Part shown: one piece after another, positions 63,340 to 64,000 of the stretch
Position numbering within the stretch: position 1 is the stretch's first letter
How the letters are laid out: each line of letters opens with the position of its first letter
NCBI GenBank assembly: GCA_036172245.1
Contig: JAYWIR010000016.1
Coordinates: 1,674,001-1,738,000 of the forward strand
From: Raillietiella orientalis
Taxonomy: Eukaryota
DNA length: 64,000 nt
Reading direction: 5' to 3'
Made by a program: the position numbers and the translations under genes
The notes under the pieces: generated by a model
What the model was told of the DNA's origin: nothing
What the model saw: only the letters and a program-made list of their open reading frames with translations
The model's database searches: none

Positions 63340-64000
63340 TAATGAGGTAATCTCGTTTGATGACCGAGGTACCATTGTCTCCAGAACAAAAAGGAAAACG
63401 ACGAGGAAGGAGACAAAAAAACAAAGGGTTTGCCCATGTGGTGATGCGCCTGAGATGCCTGACAAACATCCTACCTGGGAAGAGCGAGATTACCGTAATC
63501 ACTTTGGTAAAATTTCTTCATGGTATTCTCACCAAGGTGATCGCGGTTTACGCTGCCTTTGCTGAGGAGGTAGTTCATGGGATGCTGAATGACACCTGGA
63601 TTCCAAGTCATTTGTCCTTCCTATTGCAACATTGCTGCCTTAGTTTTTCAGATCTTCTATAGGAGTTTGTGCTGCACATCACATTGCAAACACTGCCTGC
63701 TAGTTTCGGTAGGGAGAATAAAGTTGTGCGAACCCACGGAAGGGGAGGAAGGTAATCGAGAAGGAACAGGATAGCTCGCTGTAGGATGGAATTTGTCTTG
63801 AGGAGATATGTGACTGGATCTGGAGATGGAATACCAAGTTGAGAAGAGCCTGTCAGATAAGGTGATTTGGATTTTCTTCCAGGTCAGCTCGGGACCAACT
63901 TTTGCGCAAAGGGATGATTGGGATTCCACTCATGTACACTGAGGTAAATAGTAGGTGCGATTTGGATGCAGTCGGGTGCATGGGAAGATGATTTCAGATG
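63340..64000 (-). mobile_element. L1/Tx1-like ORF2 C-terminus and 3' tail, truncated by the window end
   Basis: TWKKIQITLSDRLFSTWY...H (zf-RVT lead-in), degenerate Cys region, T-rich tail at ~63385-63425. Confidence 0.6.

Noticed and set aside
1..64000. Hammerhead or HDV-like ribozymes and a third globin copy
   Set aside because: CTGANGA hits inspected by eye lacked stem II plus GAAA geometry; no further globin exon motifs were seen. A manual scan cannot exclude divergent cases

Overview
Eukaryotic (animal, probably invertebrate; the taxon cannot be fixed from sequence alone) genomic DNA. The only well-supported host genes are two tandem, minus-strand, three-exon globin paralogs, reconstructed by hand from splice sites: globin A (CDS 55691-55600, 54904-54679, 54302-54168) and globin B (CDS 48149-48058, 42638-42413, 41422-41288). 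Each encodes 150 aa, has identical exon sizes (92/226/135 nt), the ancestral B12.2 and G7.0 intron positions and an AATAAA just after the stop; they are about 54% identical (81/150, hand count). Both have an unusual heme pocket (Phe at B10, CD1 and E11 with His E7; Cys at F1; Ala/Ser at F4; no Trp at H8). Most of the remaining window is decayed non-LTR retrotransposon DNA (L1/Tx1-like and RNase H-bearing I-like), mostly on the minus strand. It also holds a fold-back mariner derivative, a ~350-bp near-perfect inverted repeat, a tRNA-like SINE head and a small LINE 3'-UTR motif with apparent covariation. Nearly all ORF-track entries are spurious. TE boundaries and clade calls are approximate and motif-based.
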